Part shown: positions 39,960-53,300 of the stretch, one piece after another | How the letters are laid out: the number at the start of each line of letters is the position of its first letter | Numbering within the stretch: position 1 is the first letter of the stretch | Origin: Antedon mediterranea | Taxonomy: Eukaryota; Animalia; Echinodermata | Length of the DNA: 64,000 nt | Direction: 5' to 3' | Assembly: GCF_964355755.1 (NCBI RefSeq) | Contig: NC_092679.1 | Location: forward strand, 4,742,201-4,806,200 | Notes under the pieces: generated by a model | Told to the model about the DNA's origin: nothing | Databases searched by the model: none | What the model saw: the letters and a program-made list of their open reading frames with translations, nothing else | Made by a program: the position numbers and the translations under genes

Positions 39960-40942
39960 TAGGAATCGTATAATTCCCGATCCCCTCTCAGCCTAAACAA
40001 ATTAATAATTTATCAACCTGTCGGAAGACGAATTATAAAAAATGAAAAATGACCTTTATAGGTCACATGAGTTCATTAATAAATTAAAATTTTAATAAGC
40101 CGTCCGTTCCTTTCAGCGCATATCAAGAAGGTAATTTTGAATACTGTACTGGTGTGCCGCAAAGTCATCTGTAGGCCTAGAGTAAAAATATTAAAATACA
40201 TAATCATTTAAAATTGTACGGGAAACAGCAGACTTGTGTATTTTCGTTCTTGACTATTTTCTCTTCCATAAATCGATTTATCCTGAAATGTCAACGTCCC
40301 ATTTTTGACGCACGCATTTTATACGCTGGTATTATTAAATTGAAATTTTTTTAGCGTATTTTATGTTAATTTTTTCATGCATTATTTTGACACGCTTGTA
40401 CCCGCGCTTTCTTCCCAACAGCACCAGCGTATTATGCGTGCGTACACTTATGTCAAATACTTGAGACAACAAAATGTGATGTGCCCATATATGGACATAT
40501 TGATGTCATATCACTACAATATTTAAACATAATCATTACCATCACTATTTTGTCGCATAAAGTTTGATAGTGTAGACAGACCTTAAAGCTGTCTACACTA
40601 TCACACTTTATGTGACCAAAAAATGTGATGTACCCATATGGACATAATGATGTCATATCACTACCATATTTAAGCATATCACTATCAAATTTGGGTACAT
40701 AACACATTTTTTGTCCCAAGTATTTGACATAAGTGTATGCACGCATAATACGTTGCTGCTGTTGGGAAGAAAGCGCGGGTACAAGCGTGTCAAAATAATG
40801 CATGAAAAAATTAATATGAAATACGCTAAAAAATTGTTAATACCAGCGTATAAAATTCGTGCGTACACTTGTGTCAAAAACTCTGCATCACAAAGTTTGT
40901 AGACAGAACTTAAAAATGTGACGTATATTAGAGCGCGCGTTA

Positions 40943-41100
40943 AGCTTGGTTCTCACTAGCGACGCAACGCAGGAACGTAACACAACGTAAGTGATTTTAC
41001 CAATCACAAGCGATGGATTATTCGAACAGTGACCTGTCATTGGTCAACTCGCTTACGTTGCGTTACGTCCTTGCGTTGCGTCTCTAGTGGGGACCACGCT
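40943..41100. mobile_element. Family B MITE copy
   Basis: tta-AGCTTGGTTCTCACTAG...CTAGTGGGGACCACGCT-tta. Confidence 0.75.
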
Positions 41101-41349
41101 TTATGTGGTGTAACTTTTTAATTTTTGTTTTTTTTAAAGAGCCGACCAGACGGCTTATAATTCAATTAAATTTAGGTTATGAACCTAACGTGAACTCCAA
41201 GGATAAGTCTTCCAACAGGAAGCCTTCATAAACCTTTAAAAAAAATCGACGGGTCAATGAATATTAATACACCAAATTGTCTTAAAATAAATAATTTTAT
41301 CGTTATCCCAAAGGCCTCCAGGCAATGAAGTTACTTTACGTACGGTATT

Positions 41350-42175
41350 ACCGTGTGAAAACACTGTATGATTATGATTAACCTCAGCGTTAAATAAATA
41401 CTTTTATTGGTTTAATAATTATTTTTCCTGTTGGGAAAAACAAGGGGAAAAAATGCATATTTTAGCATAAAAACTGCATTTCTGATTAATATTACTGTAC
41501 CAACCTGACACAGTCCTATGTATATTATCACGGATAAAAGTCTTTATTAATTTTTTTCGAAAAATCAACGATGGAATATCCCACTCATGTCTGAATTGTA
41601 TACATTAAAAAAATAAATGTTGTTACATCATGCCTCTAAGATTTTTTTTGTATAAAATCATTTTAATCCGATTGATACATAATATTGTATATATGCATAT
41701 TTACTGATTCCAAAATGTATTTTAAGTGGAGAAAGGCACTATATGACAACAGATAATTCTTGGTCCTCTCTCCATGACGGTTTCACATAATGCTTTGTAT
41801 TTCTTTTATTGTATTTATAATTTTTCATTTGGACAGTTTGTCTAAAATAAAGTTGAATTAAAATGTATATTATATTCTGTTGAGGAAAGCATATAGGCCA
41901 TTTGTATTGTAATAATATATAATTGTGAAGACACTCCACGTGGCTATACGCCAATTGATATGAACCGTGTGAAAACACTATGATTATGAGAAACTCAGCG
42001 TTCAATAAATTGTCTTATTGGTTTAATAATTATTTTTCATGTTGGGGACACCACAAGGGGTAAAAATGCATATTTTAGCATAAAAACTGCATTTCTAAGT
42101 AATATTACTGTACCAACCTGACACAGTCCTATGTATATTATCACGGATAAAAGTCTTTATTTTGTTTTCGAAAAA
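41350..42175. repeat. ~215-bp direct duplication (41350-41565 and 41965-42175)
   Basis: Both copies run CCGTGTGAAAACACT...CTGACACAGTCCTATGTATATTATCACGGATAAAAGTCTTTATT. Confidence 0.85.
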
Positions 42176-42313
42176 TAATCAAATTTGGACATATATTTCA
42201 ATAAAATTTAGTCCTATGACTTGGGTTTTAATATGCATAAATATACAATACAATACATTAAATAGTACAAACTGTACAATTTTTAGATTAGACAAAGTGT
42301 TTAACACACTTAA

Positions 42314-45300
42314 GAGCCATTGTCTGTAAGAATCAAAGAAATATCAAAAAAAGTGGCAGACTCAAAAAAATGGATTTCTTTCAAATTTTGCACATGGCTA
42401 TATATGTGTTGAGAGAAATCAAATATGAAGTATTTTTTATTTCAAACGTATATTTCCATGGCAACGGCCAAATTTGTGTTTTTGACAAATTTTGTCCTTT
42501 TTTAAGGTTTTTTAAAATGGATATTGGCACTACTTTGATGAGCGATATTTTTGTGTTGTTCATTTAATTATAAAAAATAATTAGTGTATGCATAATAACA
42601 ATGCATTGTGTACCTGTTTCAAATTTTTTTTTTTTTTTTTTATTTCATACTTTGGGAGATACCATTTATTTAAAAAGGGGTGTTTTTCACTTTTTTTAAA
42701 TTGTTCAATGCAACTAAACTTTACTTCACCATAACGCCCAAAGTGGTGTATTTTTTTAGCTGATTTATTACAAATAGGTAGTTCTAATGTTTAATAATTG
42801 ATTTCTAAAATAAAATACTGGGGTAAATTTAAAATCTACAAGCAGTGTTGCGAGAAACATAGGCATTTTTATATAAAAAAAAACATGGTATATTAGTAAA
42901 AACATTTTATTTTCTTTGATTATTTGATTTGAAACTCATTGGTCAGAAAAATTCTTAATGTTTTATATAGTTCTAGTTGTGTTGTGAGAAAAAAAATTAA
43001 TTTTTAATTATAGATTCTGTAATTCCCAGTTTTAATGTCATTTTATAGGTTATATCCTCTGGAAATTTGAATAAATTATCAGATCGTTGTGAATTTTAAT
43101 CTTTGCAACAGATTACTCCTCTCTTATTTTGAAGCTCCTCTTTCATTTGTTTACTTCTTTTATTTGCTAACCTAAGCAGATCCCATATGCCCATCCACCA
43201 CCACTTTCGACTACCACCCCTCCCCACCCCCACCCCGACTATAACCACAAAAAGATAAACTGCAACAATTTGGTCGATCATCCACTATAGAGTGTCAAAT
43301 GCATGCATTCAAGCACCACCCACACTGCCGCTACTATCGCCCCAATGAATAGACGGATTCAAACTCCTCCATCCAACCACCTCCCCCTTTTCTCCAAGCC
43401 CCCACCCACCCCAAGTTAAAAATTGCAATGCAAAAGATAGGACATAAAGTTAAGTTTTTAGACCCTCGCCTTCAACCACCTAACTATTTAAAAGTCCTGG
43501 ATCCACCACTTTCCCCTCCCCAAAATAGAACCAATCAAAAGTCAATGATATACTCAGGTATGTTAATGCTACATAACAAATATTGAAGCCCTGATTTGAA
43601 ATTTCATTTCATTTAAGGTCAGCATGTAAAATATCACACTTTATTATTAAATATTGGTTTTAAATTCTATATTTTTTTTACTGTGATGGTTGGATTCAGT
43701 AATAATTATTAATTAATAATTATCTGATAATTATTTAATTTCCCTTAGTTATGCATAGCAACAGTTACTATGGTAACTAAAAATGAGATATTCTTTAGAT
43801 TTTGCATATTTATCTCATACAAATTTAAATTTGTAGATTATTAGCAGGCATGCCTTATTTGCATTTTCAAATTACCGTTTCACAAGGTCATATTCGTAAG
43901 CACTTTCTTCTGTGATTATTTTTATTCATGAAAACCCCATATTTTATTTACAGCGGCCACCTCCCTTAACGGACGCACTTTGAAAAGCCTGTTTGTTCTT
44001 CCTATCTAATTAGTGCATTTGGTGCTTACCGTAAGCAGCTGCGAGCACCTTTTTATACTAAAAGTGAGATTTTTTGTAAGCGGCCAATCGAAAAATGTGA
44101 TACTTATTGCATGGACCTATGAATTAGAGGTGCATGTTTATTGTATTTCTTTATATATTAGCTTTATTTTGAAGAGGTTTTAAAAACATTACTGTGAAGA
44201 GATGAGAAAACTACACAGATTTTGACCGACCATTTTTCATATGATAAAAGTTTTTAAAATTTGTCTGAAAATGCTAAAAAATACTAAACCACCTGATTAT
44301 AAATAATAATATGCCTACAATTAGCTGGAAAATTGAGAGGCTCGATTCGTTAAGAATATCGTATATAGCCATAATAAGTGATTTTGGCCCTTTATCGGCA
44401 GAACCTCCCGTAATGGGTCACCGCCCGTAAGCGGCCACTTTTCCAGGTCCCGAGAGTGGCCACTTACGGGAGGTTCAACTGTATTTAACAAAACAATTAT
44501 CCTTAGTTACGCATAGAAACAGGTTCTAAGATAACATAGATAATACATTTTGACATAACTTGACCCAAAAAATTTTTTTCACAAGGTCAGACATTTTCTG
44601 GGATTCAGTAGATAAGTAAATTTGGGAAAAGGTAGTAAAGCTATGTAATCAATTGTTTGTAGTCATGAAACCCCATATTAAAAATATTGTACTTAGTTAC
44701 GTATAGAAACAGTTGCTACAATACACTATAGGTAAAATGTTGATGTCATTTGACCTCAATATGTAAAATTTTTATTTTTTCATGAAACTCCATATTTAAT
44801 TTTTTTTTTAAATATCATTTGTTACGTAAACAGGTTTAAGATAACACTAAAGGTCATTTTTTTAACCTTTATTCAGATTCGTCAAGACTTTCTTTCTGAG
44901 ATTATTAGGATTCAGTATTTAAAGTAAATTTGGCAAAAAGTAGAAATGTAAAACTATGTAGAAAAAATGTTTTTTATTTATGAAAAACTCCTTATTTTTT
45001 TTAAATTTTCGCATAGAAACAGTTACTATGGTAAAATGTTGACCTCAAAATGAATGAATTTACAAGGTCAAGTTTGTCATTAATGGAATGCAGTAGAAGT
45101 AAAATTGAGAAACATGTACAAATGCAATCAATTCTTTGTATTTATAAAAACGCCATTTTTTACGTTTTTTAAAAATTACTTTCCTTAGTTACACATAGAA
45201 ATGGTTGCTAAGGTAACACTATAGGTAAAATATGAAAATTGTTGAGAATTGTTATGAACTATCTTGTAAATTTTGATCAAACATTAATAGTTGTAGTAAA

Positions 45301-46218
45301 GTGGGGACCTGTCCTGTTTTGCAATCTGACCCCTTTTGACCTCAAATGACCTATTTACAAGGTCAGATTTTTTGGGAGGTCTTTCTGTATCTCTTTACAC
45401 AAAATAGATTTAAAAATTTATAAAAACCATTGACTCAATTATTTCCAAGTTTAACATTATTTTCCATCAACTAAATATTTCAATGCAAAATACTGTTTTT
45501 CTGGCAATTAATTGAAATAAACCTGGCAACACATTCTCCTATTTTATCTAAACTATTCGTATGACTCTAGTAGCAATATGACAAGCCATATATACATTTT
45601 ATTATTGGATTAGCCATATTTAAATTGTGTTTCATGTGTTTTGTTTGTTGATATTTTGTTATATTTTTTGCATTTTTCGTATTTTCCTGGCAACACAAAA
45701 CCTATGTACGAAATTTACCCCAGTGTTTTTTTCGTGATTATTGTTGAAAAACCTATTGACTATCAAATTAAAAAACCTCATTGATTTAAAAACACCACTT
45801 TGGAAGTTATAGGTACGTTTATGAGGTATACTTTTATAAAAAAAATATTTTTTAAAAACACCCCTTTTTAAAATAATGGTATCAACCAAACTCCATTTTG
45901 TAATTTATTTTTTTTCTACATTAAATGGAACTCAATACATGTTGTTTACACTGCTATAAACAAAAACCGTATAATGTAAGTATTTTTGGTTAAAATAAGT
46001 ATACAAGTTTGTACTTTTTCACTATAGAAAATCTGTGAAAAATGGCAAAAACAACAAAATTTGGATAATTGACCGTTGTCATGGCAACGGAGGCTAAAAA
46101 TTAAAATGAATGTTGTAGATATGCTTTTTATTGAAATGTCTATTCATGGTAAAAATTTGAGAGAAATCCATTTTTTTACATCTGCCACCAAATCTTTGAT
46201 TTTTACAGACAATGGCTC
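42314..46218. mobile_element. ~3.9-kb non-autonomous TTAA-flanked DNA transposon with long imperfect inverted arms (Kolobok-like)
   Basis: TTAA-GAGCCATTGTCTGTAAGAATCAAAGA...TCTTTGATTTTTACAGACAATGGCTC-TTAA. Inverted similarity continues about 500 bp inward (e.g. 42657-42688 vs 45855-45885; 42811-42830 vs 45711-45728). No transposase ORF seen. Confidence 0.72.
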
Positions 46219-46222
46219 TTAA

Positions 46223-46760
46223 AGATGTATTGTCCCTTTGTCTAATTCAAAAAAAAAAAAAAAAGAATTTCGAAAAAAGTGGGTCATTTTGAAGTATCAT
46301 AATAGTTATTAACTTTCACCAAAAATTAGTCGAAAAAAAAATCATTTAACTGAAATACAGACGTTTTTTTGTTCAAAAAATAACTTTGACTTCCAAGTTT
46401 TCGATCAAAACATAATTATCTCATGCAATGCGCTTGTTTGGCTACTCTGTATGTATAATCATAAAACTTCCTCACAATCTGTGTGAAAACACCTTCTCAA
46501 CCGCGACAAGTTGTAAATAATCCTAATTAGCATCATGCATAATGCATACTCGTGGTTTGAAATCTTTGTTTACTTTCGCTCGTGACGATTTTCCAGACAA
46601 AATGTAATCAAATTAATTTACCTGTTAATTACGTAAACTTAATGTTTTTGGCTCGAATTTTCGACTTGAAGTGAATAACTTTAATATTACTTTGATATGG
46701 CCAATTTAAATTTAGAATATTTTGACCTTCATTTTTTGTGTTTCAAGTAACAATACATCT
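46223..46760. mobile_element. TTAA-targeting non-autonomous DNA transposon (Kolobok-like), copy 2
   Basis: Reverse-complement match to 10540-11084 over its full length; TTAA on both sides. Confidence 0.8.
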
Positions 46761-47383
46761 TTAAATTTGCGACTTAAGAACAATTCATTTTCATTGAACA
46801 GCGATTAAATATGTTGTATAATTTAAAACAAATTAAATTTTAATCAAAAGTATTTGAGGTAGGGGAGTGTTTAAACTTTTACTACAATTCCAGCAATTAC
46901 AAAACTAGCAGAAAAAGACAAACATTAAAATGTAGAAACAGTTTGCCTCGTTGAAATATAACCTTTCATTATTCACCAATAATGCCATTATTTGTACCAT
47001 TACACTTATAAACATTCATTATATTGTATAATATTACACGCATTGTTGTGCATGCTCCTGTTGACATTGTTATGTACAATGTCATAAAACAAGACACAAT
47101 AATACAGTAAATACGATAACATCCATCTCCATCATAATAATCTTTTGTACACCTAAGATTGATTATAATTATTGAAGGTACTTTGCTAAAAGTCACAACA
47201 AAATATAGGTTATCATTATGTTGTCAATATTAACAAGAGGATCAACGATAGAATATCCCACTCACGTTTGAAATACCTTTTGAAAAGTTATGAGAATCCA
47301 TTCCTCACTTGTGGATTAATCAATGATGCAGTGGGTCTATTGATAGTTTCACTATGTTGACTCATTAAAGATGAGTCTAATTA

Positions 47384-50300
47384 TTAATAAATATTGTCAA
47401 AGTTGTATCTATGTCCTACATCGTGACATTTCTTCTTTACCACATCCCAAAGTTCATTCACCTTTGACCCAAAACATACAGAAGTCTTCTGAAGCAGACC
47501 TAACCCAGCATTAATACGCATTAATTGAATTTGTACGTTTTCGTAACGCGTGGTATCGACGAATCGTTGCTCAAGACCAAGGTGTTCATGTTTGTCCCAA
47601 CATAGAAAATCTTCTAGCCTTGTTTTCAATACGGACTGATAGAGAGCGCTATCTATCTTCATTTTTAAATCTGCGTTCTTCTCAATGGTGCTACAAAAGC
47701 TGTTGACTAACATCTTTGTTAGGAGAATATCGTCATTATTAGTGTTAGCTTCTCCTCTATCGAACAGTTTATCATCTTCAATCTTAAATTAAAGTAATAA
47801 CATTAATATTTATTCTATCAATATAACAGTACATTTTTAAAAAGACAGATACAAGTGTCAAACCTGACTTGAGGCTTTTATTTGGATTGCTAATTTATGT
47901 ATGAGGTGTAGACAGGGGTGGCAGTTGTTTAATAAACATGATTTTGCTTTTCAACAACATATATACCTTATTTACCTTTTAAAAATTCTAACTGACTTAA
48001 TTGTTATATTTTTCCAACCCATTGGCATGTCTAAATAAATAAATTGATTTAGTGTACTTACCTCCTTTATAATAAACTCTTCCGGCTCGCCTAATACTAG
48101 GTTACATAGCATCTTGTACAAGGAACATGTATTCGTTGAAAGATGGATTTCAATCATAATATCAATGGCTAATTTTAGGCCTAAGTGGGCATGGACATCC
48201 CAGTAATACCAACCTATAAATAAAAGAGATTTCTGAACTAATGATTGAAGGAAGTAGAAATAAAATCATTGGAATACAAGAATTTTCGCTGAAATATGTA
48301 TCATTTCTCACTAAAGATAAGTTTGTCTTCTAAAATTTAAAGATTGTCTCCTAAAGTGTAAAATCGTCTTTTGAAAAACTTACTATCTGTGAATACGGAT
48401 GGAACATGTTTAGCAAGGCTACGTATGCAGCTGGTCATAGACGCCCTCACATCCGAGTCGTTGTCTTGTAACAATTGTAGAACAGTACACCACACATTCA
48501 TTGGTATATCACCTAGATAAAGATAATTTAAATAATATATTACTACCATAGATGATTGAACAATTCTAAAGCTCGATCTGTGTACACTATCAAATTTTAC
48601 GCGACAACAAAAATGTGATGTGCCCATATATACATTGGTGTAACGCTCAGGCATTTTGATCGTTTTTCTACATATTTAAATGCATGTTTTTCTCCTGGGC
48701 ACTTCTCTGCTATAAGCTCCTGGGCCCTGGGGTTTAGCCAGTGAGCGCTCATAACTGTTACGCCATTGCATATATCAACATAATGATGTCATATCACTAC
48801 TATATTTGAGCACATCACACTTTGTTTGTCAAACTAGTTTAATAAGTAACTATTTTATTCTCGGATATTGATGAGTGGTTCAAAATATTCTAAAGGTCAA
48901 TCGCAGTCCGCAGCTTCTTTGTACCTGCTAGAGATGTTTACCTAAGCAATGGTGAGGATCAACTAGAAGGAAGAGAGTGACATCGTTGAGCATTTTTGCT
49001 ATCGCTAGTCTCAATTGTGTCGTGTGTTCTGCAAAACTTCTTCTTTCGATCAGTTCAACAAAACTCTTAATATAACCTCTGGCAGATTTGTCCTCAGGAT
49101 CCTGTGAAGAACAATTAAAATAACAAACCTCTTACAGAATGCTAAATTAAACATTTCTAACATTTCTGTTAGTTCTTTTAAAACCAAATTACTTAATTAT
49201 CTCAATATTTATTTTTTAAATAATTTTGATATTGAAAATGTGTGTAGTTGGTCGCTTTCTTGTCGATGCTTTTATTGTCGAACGTAATTTATTTATTTTT
49301 CTGTTCTGGGTTGACCAACTAGCATAGGTGTTTAGCACCTGTTTGGTCTTTCCGTGCCTCCTTTATAATTGTTTTGTCTTCTTTGTTATGTATATGGCAG
49401 AAATTGAATAAATAAAAAAATAAATAAATAAAAATAAACGCAAATAAAATAGAAAATAATAAGAATAATAATATGACGATCTTATATGGCGCTTAATGTA
49501 TAAAGCCCCTAAGCGTCTCACTATTACAGTAGTCTTTTTTTGGATCAAACACGTCTGGAAACATACTCCCACAATGTTGCAGCCAGTTGTGTTTTGACCA
49601 ATACCAGGTACACATTTGTACACCTGGGTGGATAGAGGCAAACTGAATCAAAGTAGTTTACCAAAGGATTCAAGTAATGCGACGAGCATTTGATTCAAAC
49701 CGACGATCTCACAATCAATACTCCAACGTCCAACACACAGCGACCATACAACAGTAACAGTATTATTAAATTGGAATGTTAAATACATTACCTCAATCAC
49801 AGATTCATATAGATGTGGAATCAGAACCCCTGCGACAAAAACTACTCCACAAACAAGATCATCTCTTAAAAAAAAAATGAAGAAGTTAATATACAAAACA
49901 AAGACTGCATAGTAAAAACGTTGAAATTCAATGCATTTAATGTTTGAAGTAACATATAGCATACCTAACATTCTCAGGAGTAGCTAGGCCGAGTAAGATA
50001 TGAGCCAATTGTATGATTGTTAACTGCCTACCATCTTCAAAAAGCCAGGGAAAACAAAGTGTCATTGGATGAATGCCAAGAACCTCCAGTACCTGAAAGT
50101 AATGACAAAAATATGTACTGTATACTATTAAGTATGGCTGAATTAAACTTTTTATCTGTATATTCAACTATCATATTACTATCCACATGCCATACTGCTA
50201 GCCAAATCTATTTAATACAAAGTAACTAAATTACCTTTATTTTACATTCATGGTGGGTTTCTGAATACAACATGGAAACTAATTTCTTGAAAACATCCTG

Positions 50301-53300
50301 ATTTCTGGAAATATTGAAAACTTTCTGGCAACTTTGGTTTTCACAATCAATTCTGAGATTACATTCCACATGCAATCTGTTAAAGATGTGTTCTAACACC
50401 AGAAGTCGCGCCTCATAGACTTTGGACGATAAATGTTTGGAGACTATTCTTGTGAAGTCACCAGAACTCTGTGAACCTTCTAAATTGCTTACAGTACTTG
50501 GAACCAAACTCAATTCTGTATCTTCATTTGCAAGCATATCTGACTTTCGAATGTCCGCAGAGACAACTGCTTTCATCAAGGCTACATGATCTAAGGGTAG
50601 TTCATCCGATACTGGTTCGACATCCTGATGAGTTAACCTTGCTATTTGCTCCTGCAACTGCCTAAGTTCTGGAACCAGACCCGTGGTAGTGGTTGCCATC
50701 CATGATGTTTCCATAACAAAGATGTTAAGGATATTCATAAACTCTGCTTTTGTTACAGCACATTTGTTTACACTAAAAAAAGAATTTATTTTCACAATAT
50801 ATTTGATATACTGTAGCGGGTAATATAACACCATATTGTCTTGGAAGAAAAACACACCAACGATTGTTTTTGTTCCGAGATGTCCCGAGTTGTTAATGAG
50901 CGCGCATTTATTGCCCTGGTATTAAACTGAGCATTCATAGTATTCAAATAGCGTGATCATAATCAAACAGCACACAAATATACTTTCTTCCGGGATTTCT
51001 CACGTGTGTGGAAACGTGTAATAAATTGGGAGATGAAACCTGGTTAAAACTTGTTACAACTTGTAACAATTAATGCAGATGTTATATATTATACTTTCTA
51101 AGACATACAGTACCTAGATCTCAACCACATGCAATCCTTGAAAGATGATATGGCTCGCTGAAGAAGCACTTCTTGTCTAACATTTAACATGTGATGATGG
51201 CTTTTGAGAGTCTGAAGAAGTTCATGAATCTAAAAACAAAAATACTGTCATTTAAAGGTCTGTCTACACCATCAAACTAGTTTTATGTGCCCAAATATGG
51301 TAGTGATGTGCCCAAATATGGTAGTGATGTGCCCAAATATGGTAGTGATGTGCCCAAATATGGTAGTGATGTGCCCAAATATGGTAGTGATGTGCCCAAA
51401 TATGGTAGTGATGTGACATCATCATGTCTATAAGGGCACATCACATTTTTTTGTCAAAGTTTGATAGTGTAGACTATAAAAAAGACTAGACATAAAACGT
51501 GATAATTACTTTATAGGTTATCCATAAATACAGAACTTCTCTATGAAAGTCTCATTTACAGCCAGTTGAAAAACCTTACTTTCATCTAATAGACTATAGT
51601 AGGCCTAAATTTATTTGTTGTTCAGTTGGTTAAGCTTGCACCCTCCCCCTTTTTAAGAAAACAAATCCTGGCTACAGACTTGAACGGGGAGAAATAATAT
51701 TATGATATAATAATAATAATAATAATAATATATATGACAACATCTAAAATTGTACCTGTAACAGATTACCATGAATCTCATTCTGATGGAAGTTCTGTGC
51801 TTTCTGTTGTGGAAGAGATTTGATGAGTGATTCTACCATTTTGCTGATCTCTCCGGAAGGCACAAGAGAAGCAAGAGCTCTGGCAGACATCGTTCTGGTC
51901 TTGTATATGGCACTTGAGCCACATCTTGGAGTAGAATAGAATATAAAGAAAGAAAATTGAACTTGCACAATTTCCTATTGCACAATTAGCTTTTGCTTTT
52001 TAAACGACTAACTGACCAAAATTTGTCATGATCCACTGTGCTCATGCAGGAATATTGGGATGTTTCACCACTCTCTAACTTGACACAGTTTTGATGATTT
52101 CTAGGTCCAGGCAACGACCTAGGTAGGTCGACCAATGACACAGCGATTGACCTGACCTAGGTAGGTTGTTCGCAAATCTCCATAATTAAGAGGCTACAAA
52201 GCAACAGAACTTTACAATCATCTGAACATGTCAAAAGTCTCTGCGTTATTGCGTCCCATTGCCTCTGGACCACACCCAGATTTCGAAACTGCCAACATGA
52301 AATATTTTTAGGTACAGTAATCCTGTGTATACAAACTGTCAGAGTATTACTTTATCATTATTAGGTGGTCCACCATATTATAATTTTTCTTTAAATATTA
52401 TTTCTATATCAATCAATTAATACCAACCTCTGCACTAATGGAACAAACGGTGAAAGACTTAAGTTGGCATCGGACCCATCTGTTGGTGATGGATATAGCC
52501 GTGATAGAAGAAGCAAGATGGGAAAGAGGCTAGGCTGAAGGTATCCAGTGTCAGACATGGGTTGGAGTCCAAGACAAGCTGACAGTTGATCCAGAAGGAA
52601 TGCATGGAGTCTTGGAAAGCGCGTAAAGAATTCTCTACCGGTCATACTAATAATATAAAGCAAAATAAAATTTAACATCAAAGTTTCTAACACAACAACT
52701 GTTTATTTCCAATTTAGTTATCATTTATTTCTAAAAGCACCAAAAAACTTGCCAATTTTTGCGTGCTAGTTCCTCTGTTTGTCTGCGAACACCAAATATG
52801 CGATTTATAAGTGCTGTGAACAACAACGTGCTGGAATTACGTACCTAAAAATAAAATAAAATAAAAAATGTTTTTTTTACACATTAAGGATCTTGTAAAA
52901 ATTATTCCACTGCAGTTACTGCAGTAACTACACTTTTTCCACTGCAATACCATATGTTTTTAGTTTGTTTTATTGTAAAAGCAAAGAACTTATAACACAA
53001 GAATCTCCTGTTCGTCCGCAGCGCGTAACAATTTCGAAAGGCATTGTGGGATAGAATAGAGCTAATGGGTGGCGCCATTGTGAGCCATGGAGTAGGGCGC
53101 CCGAATCAAATTAGAAAGTCAAAATCATAGAGGGGATCTGCTAATACTCTAGGGGGGATAGAGTAATTGACTGAGGAGTAGGGCGCCCGCATCAAATTAG
53201 AAAGTCAAAATCATAGAGGGGATCTGCTAATACTCTAGGGGGTAGAGTAATTGACTTCCTAGTTTGGAGGGGGCGCTGCTCCATCCTGTGAAATGGCGTC

